NCBI RefSeq assembly: GCF_006345805.1 | Contig: NC_043006.1 | Coordinates: forward strand, 98,208,001 to 98,272,000 | Source: Octopus sinensis | Taxonomy: Eukaryota | Direction: 5' to 3' | Length of the DNA: 64,000 nt | In this document: positions 44,262 through 57,651 of the stretch, piece after piece | Numbering within the stretch: the first letter of the stretch is position 1 | How the letters are laid out: the number at the start of each line of letters is the position of its first letter | Program-made: the position numbers and the translations under genes | The notes under the pieces: generated by a model | The model's database searches: none | What the model was told of the DNA's origin: nothing | Seen by the model: the letters and a program-made list of their open reading frames with translations, nothing else

Positions 44262-45300
44262 GTATTTGCATGTTAGATATATATCCGGTCATAGAGTGAC
44301 CAATGCTTTTGCATCCATAAAGCACTTAGCTTTATGGACGATGCGTTAGACTCTAATGGTGGAGAGCATGTAAACCCTCTTCAAAGGGAGGTAGAAACCG
44401 TTACAGTCAAGAATAAAATACCGTTTGCGATTCAGCCAGGACGAGTTATCTGTCTTAGATCAGTTCAGTTGGCAAATCTTATGGTCTTAAGGAGGCGTAC
44501 ATGGGGTCTCTACCCTTAGGCTGTTTCCAGTTTACGGGGTATTTTCCAGCTCTAATCGAAGACTGGGGAATCTCATGCCTATAGTAGGCAGCGTTTAAAA
44601 TGGGGTCATGATCTATAGATAAATTAAGAGAGATTCTGAGACCAGAGTGTCTTTAAGGATACCTGTTAGCTCTGCTATGCAAAGCTTGCATCGATCGTTC
44701 ATGTTTATGTAGGACCCCGTCTTCTCTATGATACTCCATTTAATTTCGTTTGGGGTTCCTTCATCCTTACGTCGCCATATACGCCTGGCCAGGGATGTGA
44801 CGTACCGTCTTTCCGAAACCCTGAAAGATGACCTGTGATTGTATAGGTGCCTCTTAAAGGCAGTTCCGGCTGATCTTGCTGCAGTTGTTACTGGAGCTGT
44901 CGTTGGTGAAGTTATTACGGAGTTTGGGTCTATCACTGTAGTTATTGTCGTTCTAGTAGTCATCCCTGGCCGTAGCGCGGGTGTTGCTGTTGCTTCTGTT
45001 GCCAATTGTGTTGCGGCTGTCGTCGCTGCTAATATTGGGCGTAGGATTGGTAGTTTAGCTAGCGTTGCTGGTCTTGGTGTCGCCCTCATCAGGCCGTAGG
45101 GTTGGTGTTGGTGCTGCGGTTGTTGCCGTCGGTGCTGGGGTTTGTGCTGTTGTTACGGCCGCCGTTACATCGATATTGTTAGATGAGCCATTGATGCTCA
45201 TCATAGAGTCTAACGCATCGTCCATAAAGCTAAGTGCTTTATGGATGCAAAAACATTGGTCACTCTATGACCGATATATATCTAACATGCAATACATATG

Positions 45301-45348
<48 letters not shown>

Positions 45349-45356
45349 ATATATAT

Positions 45357-45444
<88 letters not shown>

Positions 45445-45494
45445 ATATAATATATATATATCTACATATACATATATATAATATATATTATATA

Positions 45495-45536
<42 letters not shown>

Positions 45537-46350
45537 TATTATATATATATATATACATATCTACACATATATATACGTATGCGTGTGTAACTAGTATGCA
45601 TGTGCTCCCAGCCATTTGAAGAGTATTTTCATACATGTTTCGATTTAGTGATTCAAGTCTATTCGAGGCCGTATTACAATTGCGGCCTGTCTATTTGTTT
45701 TTCTTCTATATCACTCAGCCCTTTGTGTGCCTGTTATGCGTGCGTGTTGTGTGTATGTGTGCGTGCGTATATGTCCGTGTGTGCAATTATGTACTATCTG
45801 TCACATAGTTAACACAAGAGGTAAGTGTATTTGCCGGTAGGTTGCCCCGTTGACCTTGTGGAGAATACACTCTCAAAGCATTGAGTAATATACGAGAGAG
45901 GCAAGCAGCTAGACAGATATAGAGAGGAAACTTACAATGAACGAAATAAATACGTTACATATATAAATATTCTTATTTCTACATCTCTCAACGATAGACT
46001 TTCAGTAACAGTTTTCTAAAGTAAAGGTTATTTGCCAACGTAATATGGCAGCCTCGATTCGGTCGAATGTTACTGTTATTTAGCCCCAGGAAACATCGTC
46101 TTCAGTTCGCTGTACGACAAACTATCTGTGTCCTATTTTCGGTCAGAGAAGTCTAGCATCCTCATTCAGCACAAAGCAATATCTGTGGACTGGGGTTTCT
46201 GGGTCATTCCCCTTACTCACCACATATTAACTGCTTGGCTAGAGATGCTACATACATATACATATATACATATATACATAACGCGACAGATAAGCAGACA
46301 AATAGGTAGTTATACACAAAAGACGTTTAGATAGATAATACGATAGATAT
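43345..46350. repeat. ~1-kb inverted duplication (arms ~43345-44355 and ~45204-46350)
   Basis: Arms are near-identical reverse complements differing mainly by small indels; the ORF track shows mirrored peptides (e.g. 43894-44115 minus and 45600-45812 plus). Confidence 0.95.
44360..45203 (-). mobile_element. Penelope-like element 3' fragment: Thr/Ala/Pro-rich linker and GIY-YIG endonuclease C-terminus
   Basis: ORF 44613-45089: FKRHLYNHRSSFR..TSLARRIWRRKDEG..IKWSIIEK..RCKLCIAELTGILK. Confidence 0.85.
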
Positions 46351-46366
46351 ATATATATATATGTAG

Positions 46367-46435
<69 letters not shown>

Positions 46436-46488
46436 TGTATGTTTGGGAAGCTTGCATGCTGGCATAGAATAGAATATATATATAGAGT

Positions 46489-46540
<52 letters not shown>

Positions 46541-46599
46541 CTCTATATATATATTCTATTCTATGCCAGCATGCAAGCTTCCCAAACATACATATATAT

Positions 46600-46667
<68 letters not shown>

Positions 46668-46710
46668 TATATATTATATAATATACTTTATTTAAATGCA
46701 GCAGAAATTC

Positions 46711-46764
46711 AACAAAACCTGTTACTCGGAGTTTCACGTTCCCGTTCATCGGACAGTTTTTGTT
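46711..46764 (-). ncRNA. Compact hammerhead ribozyme candidate with U4C core variant
   Basis: aacaaaaactgt-CCGATGA-acg-GGAA-cgt-GAAA-CTCCGAG-TA-acaggttttgtt; 12-bp stem I with one mismatch and a GNRA-capped stem II. Confidence 0.72.
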
Positions 46765-47216
46765 AAAATAGAACCGATATGCCAATTCTATCAAGACTAG
46801 TATAAACGCTACCCCTTTAAAAATGGACTTGTTTGATTGGTCCTTTCAAATAACGGTCATATTCTCGTGTGCAAGCAAAAATGAGCTCAATATAAAATAT
46901 AAAAAATATATAAAATTGAGGAAAAAAATGTGTTTACACCGGTATATATATATAATATATATACATACACACATACATATGACATAGTCCTCTCCCCCGC
47001 ACCTTTTTATTTACTGGTTTATTTTATTTCTTTATTTACATCTACCCCTGTAACTGTCTTAAGTTGTCCTCGGGTTAAAAATACCTGTTATATTTTGTTT
47101 TGTATGAAAAAATATTTAACTAATGTTGGTCAAGTTGTTTATTGATCAACAATTTCCTCCATATTCTATTTATTTGAAATACATATATTTTAAATAAGCA
47201 GGATTACCACCACACA

Positions 47217-47381
47217 GGCGCAGGAGTGGCTGTGTGGTAAGTAGCTTGCTTACCAACCATATGGTTCCGGGTTCAGTCCCACTGCGTGGCATCTTGGGCA
47301 AGTGTCTTCTGCTATAGCCTCGGGCCGACCAATGCCTTGTGAGTGGATTTGGTAGACGGAAACTGAAAGAAGCCTGTCGTA

Positions 47382-47420
<39 letters not shown>

Positions 47421-47635
47421 GCATGTGTGTGTATATGTTTGTGTGTTTGTGTTTGTCCCCCTAGCATTGTTTGACAACCGATGCTGGTGTGTTTACGTCC
47501 ACGTCACTTAGCGGTTCGGCAATAGGGACCGATAGATTAAGTCCCGGGGTCGATTGCTCGTCTAAAGGCGGTGCTCCAGCATGGCCGCAGTCAAGTGACT
47601 GAAACAAGTAAAATAGTAAAAGAGAGTAAAGAGTA
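47217..47635 (+). mobile_element. Near full-length tRNA-derived SINE with internal microsatellite
   Basis: A-box-like tggctgtgtggt, B-box-like gggttcagtccc, conserved body and purine-rich tail; fragments also at ~34500-34620 (-), ~58380-58440 (-) and ~61180-61320 (+). Confidence 0.82.
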
Positions 47636-48112
47636 TATATACACACACAAACTAGGACATATAGTTTTGGGTGGGTGTATACATTATTTCTAAACTTGCG
47701 TGTACTTTCACATTTATGCACTGATATACACTCTATTCTATGCCAGCATGCAAGGTTCCCAAGCATCATCACATACAGAGTCTCCCGTCCCCGCATGACT
47801 GATATATCTGCATATGTTCTCAATTTCGTCTCAAGTAGAAGGAGTATATTACAAATGAGAAACGACAGGGTCATGTGTGTTCTTAACTTTACAAACATTT
47901 AAGCAGTATTGACAATGATGCCCTTCTGTTGGACTGAACCTGACACCTGGTATTAAACAAGCGAACCTCTTAAGAACTTTTCAAGCTCTAACTATACATC
48001 ATGCATACATGCCTTCCCGTACAACCACACATACGCACACACACACACTCAGACACACACTCGCACATATATACATGTATACTATATTAAATGTGACAGT
48101 ATATGCTTCTGC

Positions 48113-48204
<92 letters not shown>

Positions 48205-48224
48205 ATATCTATCTACCTCTCTAT

Positions 48225-48256
<32 letters not shown>

Positions 48257-49591
48257 CTATCGAACTACCGCTCTATTTATCTGTGTGTGCCAGTACACAT
48301 ATACGCACACAGATACACACACATATATATATAAACATACACACACATAAATGCATATGTATATATAATGTGTTTACGCTCACACGTATAATACATGCAT
48401 AGACACACACACACACACGTGTGTATATATATATATATATATAATATATATATATATATAATATATCTATATATATAATATTTACACAAATATATATATA
48501 TATGTATATATATATATTTACACAAATATAAATGTATGTATATTTATTCAGATATACTTATATATATATACATCTACAGACATTCACACACGCACAAACA
48601 CATATGCACACACACTCACATTCGCACGCACGCACCTTAATATATATATACAACATATAACGGTGTTCATTGAAGTTCATGATGAAATGATATAAGCTAT
48701 TTTATACTCAAGAGATTAGTATAAATGGCCGCTATATTTTCAACAAAATATCAGTTGCCATTCTAATTCATATCAAACTGACTTGTTTCCAACATTTTGA
48801 TTCTCATTTACATTTGTTTTAAAAACAAATAACAGATTTTTTTTCTTTTAGTAGAAGAGGAGCTGTCGCGTATAGGAAGATATATAATTCAACAATCCTT
48901 TTATTAGAATCTTTCTGTAATAATCCCAATGTTTTCACAATATTACAATAGATTGTTACAAACGGTGCCGTTAAGACAGTTTTATAGCATAGTTTTATGG
49001 CTTCGAAGCATTCTTCGATAGTTTAATCTAAACTGTAGACTGGTAATTACCAAAGTCATAACGTTAACCATTAAGAAATATCTAGATTACTATAGCATTA
49101 CTTATGTTTATCTAATCTCTGTCCAACATGAGTCAACACACATCATATTTCTTACTAGCTCTCTTCAAACTTTTCCACTTGTATATACGTACAAAGATAT
49201 ATCTATATACGCATGTATACGTGCTACGTCTGTATATTTATTTATATAAATCTAAGTAAGCATATCTATTTATCTACTTCCTTCCATCCATATATATGTG
49301 TGTGTGTATGGATACATGCGCACACGCACACACACACACGTACATGTTTCCACGCACACGCACGCACGCACGCACGCACTCACACACATATATGTATATA
49401 TGGAAGTCTATATTACTAAACAAATATCTAACATGCAATACATTCACTCTCATGCTTGCATGCATTTTACACAGTTACGTAGGATGGAATCTACATACAA
49501 CCATTCTTGCCTATGTATCTATATACCTTTATATTCGCACCTCCTTGTTGCCACAGCTCTCTCGAGTATATATTTATATATATACATACAC

Positions 49592-50430
49592 ACAGAGGGG
49601 TTGGACAATATAATGCAAACACCTTAAAATTTGAAAGAAATTTATTTTAATATGTAATAAGACAGTCTTTGGCAGTAATTATAGCTTGAAATCTTCAAGG
49701 TATAGACTCGTACAAAGTCTCAAGTTCTTGTAGTGATGATGATGGAGGATATCGACTTGTTTTTCTAAAATGTACTATACGTGTTCAATGATATTGAGAT
49801 CTGGGGACTGTGGTGGCCATATAAAATGTTCAACTTCACTAGAATGTTCCTCGTGCCATTCAGTAACAGTTTTAGGTGTGTGAATTGGTGCATTATCATC
49901 TTCAAAGATTGCGTTTACTTCCAAAAACAGTTCCGCAACCATACGATGAATTTGATCAGATAGAATGCTTAAATAATGTTGACTATTATTTCTGCCATGA
50001 AAGGAAACCATTGGACCGGCGGATTTCCAAGATTCCCCAGATCATCACAGATCCTCCTCCATGTTTAACAGTTGGAAGAAGACAGTCTGGGTCAAATGCT
50101 TCTTTCGGCTGTCTCCACACGTATACTTGGCCGGTGGTCGGAAATAAGGTAAAGGATGATTCGTCCGAAAAAATAACATTATTCCACTGCTCTAGGGATC
50201 AACTGTGTAGGGTTTTACTTCACTCTAAATTCTTTGCAACGGTTGTTTTTGAAAGTAATGGTTTTCTGATTGCAGCCCGTGTGTGAAAACCGGCTTCGTG
50301 CTGCTCCTGACGAACAGTTTTTTGTGGAAACCTGGTTCTCCAGGTGGTCATTAAGGTTTGCACTAAGTTTGGGAGCTGCACTTTTGTGATCCTTTCTAAC
50401 AATTCGTGTAAGAGTCCGACAGTCCCTATA
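49592..50430 (-). mobile_element. Tc1-like transposase pseudogene, DD36E spacing
   Basis: VIFSDESSF and FEDDNAPIH...WPPQSPDLNIIE (36 residues D to E); TIR-like cagaggggttggacaatataatgcaaacacctt at 49592. Confidence 0.85.
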
Positions 50431-50439
50431 TGAAAGTTT

Positions 50440-50940
50440 TAGTTTTCTTCAGGAAACATATCGAAAGCTGAATTGCATTTTAAAAAAAAACATGCTGTCA
50501 ATTTGGTGGGATTACAAAGGTGTCGTGTATTTTGAGCTGCTTCCAAGGAACCAAGCGAACAATTCTGATGTTTACTGTCCACAGCTAATAAAACTAAAGA
50601 AAGTAAGCGAAGAATTGGCAAATCATACAGGAATCATGTTCCTATATGACAACGTTAGATCACACACATCTTTGCTAACTCGTGAAGAATTACAGGAGCT
50701 TGGTTGGGAAGTGATGTTACATTCACCATATAGCCCTGACCTTGCACCATTAGATTACCATTTCTTTCGAATTTTGCAAAGTTCCTTGAAGGGTAAAAAT
50801 TTCAATAATAGTAATGACCTGAAATCACCGTTGCTCCAATTATTGACTGATAATGACCAGAATTTCTATGAGCGCAGAATCATGAAGTTGTCAGTAAAAT
50901 GTCAAAATGTCATCGAACAAAATGGAAAATATATAATGAT
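50440..50940 (+). mobile_element. Mariner (DD34D) transposase C-terminal fragment
   Basis: MLSIWWDYKGVVYFELL, YDNVRSH and HSPYSPDLAPLDYHFF in ORF 50492-51073. Confidence 0.92.
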
Positions 50941-50984
50941 ATTTTCACGCAAAAATATAATGATTTTCTCACAGAAATATAGCA

Positions 50985-51480
50985 AAAATGGTCTGTTTGA
51001 CCGCCACCTTTCTGAATTACTTGAAAAACATGCGATTTCATGTACCCAATCAACTTCTGCTCAGATCAAGTAGAAGCTCTTCCCAGACATTCTTTATAAC
51101 AGATTCAAGTTCACCAACAAATGAATATAACGTGCTTTCGCTGTACACAACGTTCTTCAGATATCCGTGTCATACTCTATAAAGATAAGGTCGGGAATTC
51201 TTGCTGGCCATTCCATGACTTCAACCCTAATTGCAGGGAGGAAATCTATAGTTGCAATTGGACTATGAATAGGAGCGTTGTCCCTTTGATTTATGAAGTT
51301 CTCGCCACAGAACCATATCCCTTCTACGTCAATGTGAGCCCCTTTCAAAATATGGATGTTGAAATGGTTATCCATGATAACAAGAGGCAAGTTCCCATTG
51401 GCAGAGATCACTCCTCACACCATACGAACTTACGCTGTTCTACCGTTTGGAATGAATAGAATGTTGTAAACTTTTATCTG
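50985..51480 (-). mobile_element. Tc1/Tc3-like (DD34E) transposase fragment
   Basis: QRDNAPIH...VMEWPARIPDLIFIE (34 residues D to E). Confidence 0.8.
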
Positions 51481-52379
51481 TCCAGTAATTCTTATAACCG
51501 TCCAGGTCAACCAAATCCTACTTTTTCCCATGTCTCTTTCGGTATGATAGACGTTGACTTCAAATGTTTGCAGAAGGTCAGCAAGCTTAGGAGAGAGGAT
51601 AAGTCGATTATCCAGTACTCAACTAGTGCATATTTAATAGACCCAGAAATGATGAAATGCAAAATCGACCTCGGCGAAATTTGAACTCAGCATAAAGACA
51701 AGCTAAATGCTGCTAAGCATTTTGTCCGACGCATTAACGATTCTGCCAGCTCGCCACCTTTCTGGTATGATAGATATTTCAGTCAATTATGTAAGTGGAG
51801 AATAATGGCTAAATTATTAGTGCAAAGCAAACTATAATCTGTATTTTATGTAGACTTTTCTGGAATTATGCATACCGAAATTCGGGAATTAGTTACATTA
51901 TTTCGCTTGAAGAGGAATATTGAAGCATAAATCTCCTACTTTTTTGGTTGCCAACAAAATTCAATAGAGTATTGATTTCACTATATTAGTGATGATAAGA
52001 TGGAAAACATCAAAAGGATTTAGTTAAAGTACGTAGAATAACCGCATACCATAGATCACCAAGCATTTATTTTTTACTTTTTACTGACAGTATATTGCTG
52101 GCGTCTAAAACTATATATTTAATGATGTACACATCCCATATGCATTACTTTATCTATTAATAATCGAAATATTATGTCGGGATAAAGCAAATCCCTATGA
52201 ACAGTATTTTGAATTAGTATATGTAGTATTCAAGGATTACATAAACAAATACAATTATTGTCAGTTTTCATGATATGGCCGACTTAATGAAGACACGTTT
52301 ATTTCACTAACGTAGGAGCATGGGTTTCATGTTAGAAATCTAATTCGTATCTATCTATCTTTCTTTCTATCTATCTATC

Positions 52380-52427
<48 letters not shown>

Positions 52428-52549
52428 GCTAGCTAGCTAGCTAGCTAGCTATCTATCTACCTTTCTATCTCTCTCTCTCTCTCTGTATATATATATATAC
52501 ACACAATCAAGAATATGAATATCCGCTTTCGGTCGTATATATAGGAATA

Positions 52550-52830
52550 TATGCATTTATATATCTCGAGTTGGCAAAGGCCTTTGATAACTTCGTCCAT
52601 GGTATGATATGTCACCATCTGCATGATCCCTTCATATTCAGAAAACTTGCAGAGTGGCCAATCGACTTTTTAAACCGTACAAATGAGGTAGTGGTGGACA
52701 GTGGAGTCACCTCTAAAGAAACAAAAATAGTGAGTGATGTTCCACAGGGCATTGTCATAAGTAATAATGCATCTTCCTAGGTGCAATATTACTAAGGTGG
52801 CAATAATATGCAGATATGTCTAATTACTAT
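52550..52830 (+). mobile_element. Short LINE RT fragment
   Basis: YLELAKAFDNFVHG...IVSDVPQG. Confidence 0.7.
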
Positions 52831-54633
52831 TTAAGCACCAGTTTCCAGTGAACCAACCATTTGCATATAGAACGCTGGCCGGATTTCTAATGTTATCCGT
52901 AGAAACTGATAGCAAATGTCATGGCAAGATGATATGAAAGATACTGTTTCTAAGTCATCCCGTCGGATGAAGCAACGAGAAAGCGGGCAAACGAACGAGG
53001 ATTTCTCTTTAGTATACAGTTACAACATTAGATGTAACCGCAAATTCACATTTTTCTTCACTTGTTAAAAAAAAATCTATTGTCTTTAAATTTCATTGAA
53101 AATGACTTTAGACGAGCTAATTTTACTATCTCGAGTTATGACGTGCTGAGGAGCCTCAAATAAGGGCGAAATGATATTATCAACGACTAGTGGAAGTTTA
53201 ATAATCGGGGAATTACATGGAAATAATGTTTTCAATTTTCTCTTTTTGATATGATTTCTCAACAAACGAAAAAAAAAGAAACTTAGAGGCGTTTCTCTCA
53301 TTCACTCTTTTTCTCTTTCTTGCTTTATCCCTATAAGTAGTACCACCCAGTGAGCAAACTACATCTGTATCGAGGCTGGTAGGATTACAGATGCTATCCC
53401 CAGAAACTGAGGAGGAAGCGCTGTGGCGAGATTGTCGTCGTTTATAATTTTCTCATGAAAATATATCAAATCTATTAAATCCTTTTCTGTTTCGGTCTTG
53501 GTGCACATCACGGATGTTATGAGGCTTACATAAATTTTGGAACGTTAAAGATTTCTTATTGTAGTTTCTACTATATATACTAACAACCACATTTTTTTCG
53601 TTGTCTCGTGCTCAAAACCACGTGACTTTAATTAGAAAGTTTACTCATATGTTACTTTCGGTGCCGTGGTAGCGGTGGTGGTGATGATGGAGGGCTTTAC
53701 TGTAATTTTCAGTAGACAGTTGTTAGCCCACCTTACAAAATGCTTAGCGGAATTTCGCCATATTTACATTTTGTGGATCAATAAAATTGGATTAATAAAA
53801 GAAGTACCAGATAAGCATTAGGGTCGATGTAATTGAATTAACCCTCTCTTACAAGTATGCAGAACTTCTGCTGAGGTCTCTAGCAAGTGTTTGCCTTTAG
53901 GCGATAAATACATTGAATGCACCACTACCGTTTTACGTTAGCAATTTATTGCAAATATGTTCATCCATGATGAAAGTTTACTGAATAAAACTAATCAATT
54001 GTTCGATTGAAATTGTGAAACGGCGTCACAGAATAAGGGCAAATATGTAAGAATTCCGACCATGCTCAGTGTGTAACATGATAAAAGACTTCTCTAATTT
54101 GACCAACTTATGTGAATCATCTACAATATAATCCAACCACACTGCAATTCGATACTGTAATTGGTGGGCAGTTTTACGCAAAGCAAAGCAGTCCAATTTG
54201 TCACAAATGATTTTCCGTTCACATTATCGTCTTTCTCCAGCTATGTTTAACTTAGGAATATTTTCAAAGAGAGGAGGCGAATTTAAAATTATTCCTTGCA
54301 ACGTTATTATATCGGATTTGACTGCAGTGAAGTCAAGTCTTTTATCCTAGCCACAATTGTGCGAAACAAACTGTAAAGAAACAAAGTTAGCAATGATAAA
54401 ACTTAAATCTTAAAATAGCAAAAAAAGAAGTAATCTATACCACAACACACGAACATATTTAAATGATTTCATACCTGCAGTGATTAATCGATATTCCTAC
54501 GAATACATACAAATAACCTAGCAAATACGAAATGCTGATTCCACAAAATTAGTATATATTATATATGATATACGAGTAGAATAATTCATACATTCATACA
54601 TTCATAAATTAATATACATATTTACATACACAC

Positions 54634-54748
<115 letters not shown>

Positions 54749-55079
54749 TGCACATAAACATGTGAATCTATTCATGTATTTGCATTTTAAGTGGGCGACA
54801 CATATCATGTGGAGTGATAGAGAAAAAGATTGGGAATGAAATGCTACATATATATAATTATTATCTTCACAATTACGGGAAATAATTTTGCTAATTATGC
54901 TGACAGCCGCACTGATATATACATACGTACATACATAAACACACACACACATATATATATTTGATATCGATATCCTTTACACACATCTCCGCATTAGACA
55001 TACGTGTTTGTACATGTCTGTTTGTTTGTCTCTCTGTTCTGTCTGTCTGTCTCTCTCTCTCTCTCTGTCTCTGTCTCTC

Positions 55080-55118
<39 letters not shown>

Positions 55119-55784
55119 TTCTCTCTCTCTCTATATATATATATGTGTATATATATATTTATATACAGCTCAAAATACAAATGTGTCGGTGTCCATACAT
55201 ACGCACATTCAGATATACACATATGTACATATTTATATTATATGCTATGTAGTATTAATATCATAGAATGAATCAGTGAGTTTTTTTTCCAGTATGCCTA
55301 AGAAACTGGTGATGACTGGAGAAGTTATTATATTTGAAGATGATTCGTTGCCATATAGCATTGAATAATGCCGATAATAGACTTCTAATTAGGACTACTG
55401 CTAGAAAAGAGAAATATATCGTCTAATTATCTATATTCTGTATGCCAGACTAACGAATGTGGAGCTGTATATGGTTTTTGGAAGGTAGTGACGTGATTGT
55501 ATTCGATTGCGAAAACGAATATTAAACTGAATTATATGTTTTCAATTTGATAGCAGCGCTTCCAAATAATCACAAAATATTACTATGGCTTATATGCTGT
55601 ACTATGCAGATAATTTACTTCTATACAATTGTATGACAGGAAGAATTGGGGAAAATTTTAAATACAATAATAACATTAGAGGAGTATATCTCTGCATGTT
55701 TTGTGTATTGATGCGTTTATTTGCGAGTAAAAAATAATATCACATTGGAATATTTATTTGAAATATAACTGTACATATACATAA

Positions 55785-56525
55785 ATAGGAGATGGTTTCA
55801 AAACGTTTTCGGACTAGTTTGTTTCATAAAAAATAGCCTATTTATCTAGGTTTAACATCATCACTTTCGAAATGGTCACCATGTCCAGCGATGCACGAGT
55901 CCCAGCCTTTCTACTAATTCTGGAATCCAGCCTCGAAGTCATTTTTCGTAGGCGAGTCGAGGACCATCAACGATTCACTCTTGATCTCGACAATAGGGTT
56001 TAAACTGTGACCTTTTAGCTGCATTTTCATGTGGGGGAAGAGATGCAAGTCTGCGGGTGCTTAATTTGGCGAATATGATGGCGAAAAAGGAAGCAATAAC
56101 ATGTTGAATTTGGCAAGTAACGCTCGAGTGAGTAGATCTTGGTGGCAGTGTGCTTTGTCGTGGTGAAGAATCAATTTCTACGTGCTCCACAGATCCGGTT
56201 GCTTTCGCCGAATGTCATCTCTCAAACGCTTCAAAATGCCGCAATGGAACTCTCCATCGACGAATTGGTCCACTTTTTCAAGCGTCTTGATGGTTTCCAG
56301 TGAGAGAAGGATCTCAAAAATCAAGCCGACGCTGAAGGAGTGTTCAAAGAATTCATCAACTGCAGAATTATTCTTATGTTACCGGAATAAACAAGTTTGT
56401 AACTCTTTGGCAAAGATGTGTTGATTGTAATGGTATTTACTTTGCTGAAAAAATTTCTGCATTGTTGAAATATATTGTGTTGACTTTCATGTTTTTAAAC
56501 GCCTGCTATTTTTTACTCAGCCTGA
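55785..56525. mobile_element. Decayed mariner-like remnant
   Basis: TIR-like start and scrambled transposase-like segments (e.g. LFLCYRNKQVCNSLAKMC near the end); orientation unclear. Confidence 0.4.
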
Positions 56526-56672
56526 TATAAAAAAGAACTCTACCTTAAAAAGTAACCGACAAAACCAATGGGAGATAGCTCATAATTTTAGCTATCATTG
56601 ATGATACGCACCATCTTGAAGCTTTGCATGACTTTGCTTAGTGTGAAATTAAAAGGAAACATGTAATAACAT

Positions 56673-57651
56673 ATATTGTTATATTTCGGAATGGTCATTT
56701 TGCCAGTTTAGCCAATAAAAACACACGCACTATATATTTGGTGTTACTTTGCTTCAGTGTTATTTATTTTTTACATTAATCTTAATCTTATTTCGGCCAG
56801 AGTTCTTTCGTCACACTCCTGTGACCGCATCAGTGGTCCTTTGTTTGCTTCTTTCTTATTTGTGTCTCTCCTTACTAACCGTCAGCCATTTTGTATTTCT
56901 ATTGTATGTCTTCATTTGCGCATGCTTATATCTCTATGTGCGTTTATGTTTATTTAGTGTGTGTATGTGGGGGATGCCCGTAATATTTGTATCTTCTGTT
57001 TATATATGTTCATGTAATTTGTAATTTTATATGTTCATGTAATTTGCATTTTGTTTTTGTTGTTTTTGTTTATTCTGATTTTATTCATGTGTTTACATCC
57101 ACCTATTATTATCATTACATATGCTTGTATGTATGTATGTATGTATGTATAACAACAATACTAGTAACAATAATAATAATCTTTTTTTTCGATTTTTCTT
57201 TTCGATTCAATTTATAATAGGTGGATGTAAACACATGAACAAACACAGAATAAACAAAAACAATAAAAACAAAATACAAATTACATGAATATATAAAATT
57301 ACAAATTACATGAACATATATAAACAGAAGATACAAATATTACGGGCATCCCCCACATACACACACTAAATAAACATAAACGCACATAGAGATATAAGCA
57401 TGCACAAATGAAGACATACAATAGAAATACAAAATGGCTGACGGTTAGTAAGGAGAGACACAAATAAGAAAGAAGAAAACAAAGGACCACTGATGCGGTC
57501 ACAGGAGTGTGACGAAAGAACTCTGGCCGAAATAAGATTAAGATTAATGTAAAAAAATAAATAACACTGAAGCAAAGTAACACCAAATATATAGTGCGTG
57601 TGTTTTTATTGGCTAAACTGGCAAAATGACCATTCCGAAATATAACAATAT
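56673..57651. mobile_element. Foldback element: ~437-bp inverted arms, each carrying a hammerhead-like motif
   Basis: 56673-57109 is the reverse complement of 57214-57651 with ~104-bp spacer; motif gacca-CTGATGC-G-gtcac-aggagt-gtgac-GAAA-GAAC-TC-tggcc at 57484-57528 (+) and 56795-56839 (-). Confidence 0.88.

Noticed and set aside
44839-45349. Val/Ala-rich + strand ORFs
   Set aside because: Antisense of the Thr/Ala-rich Penelope linker.
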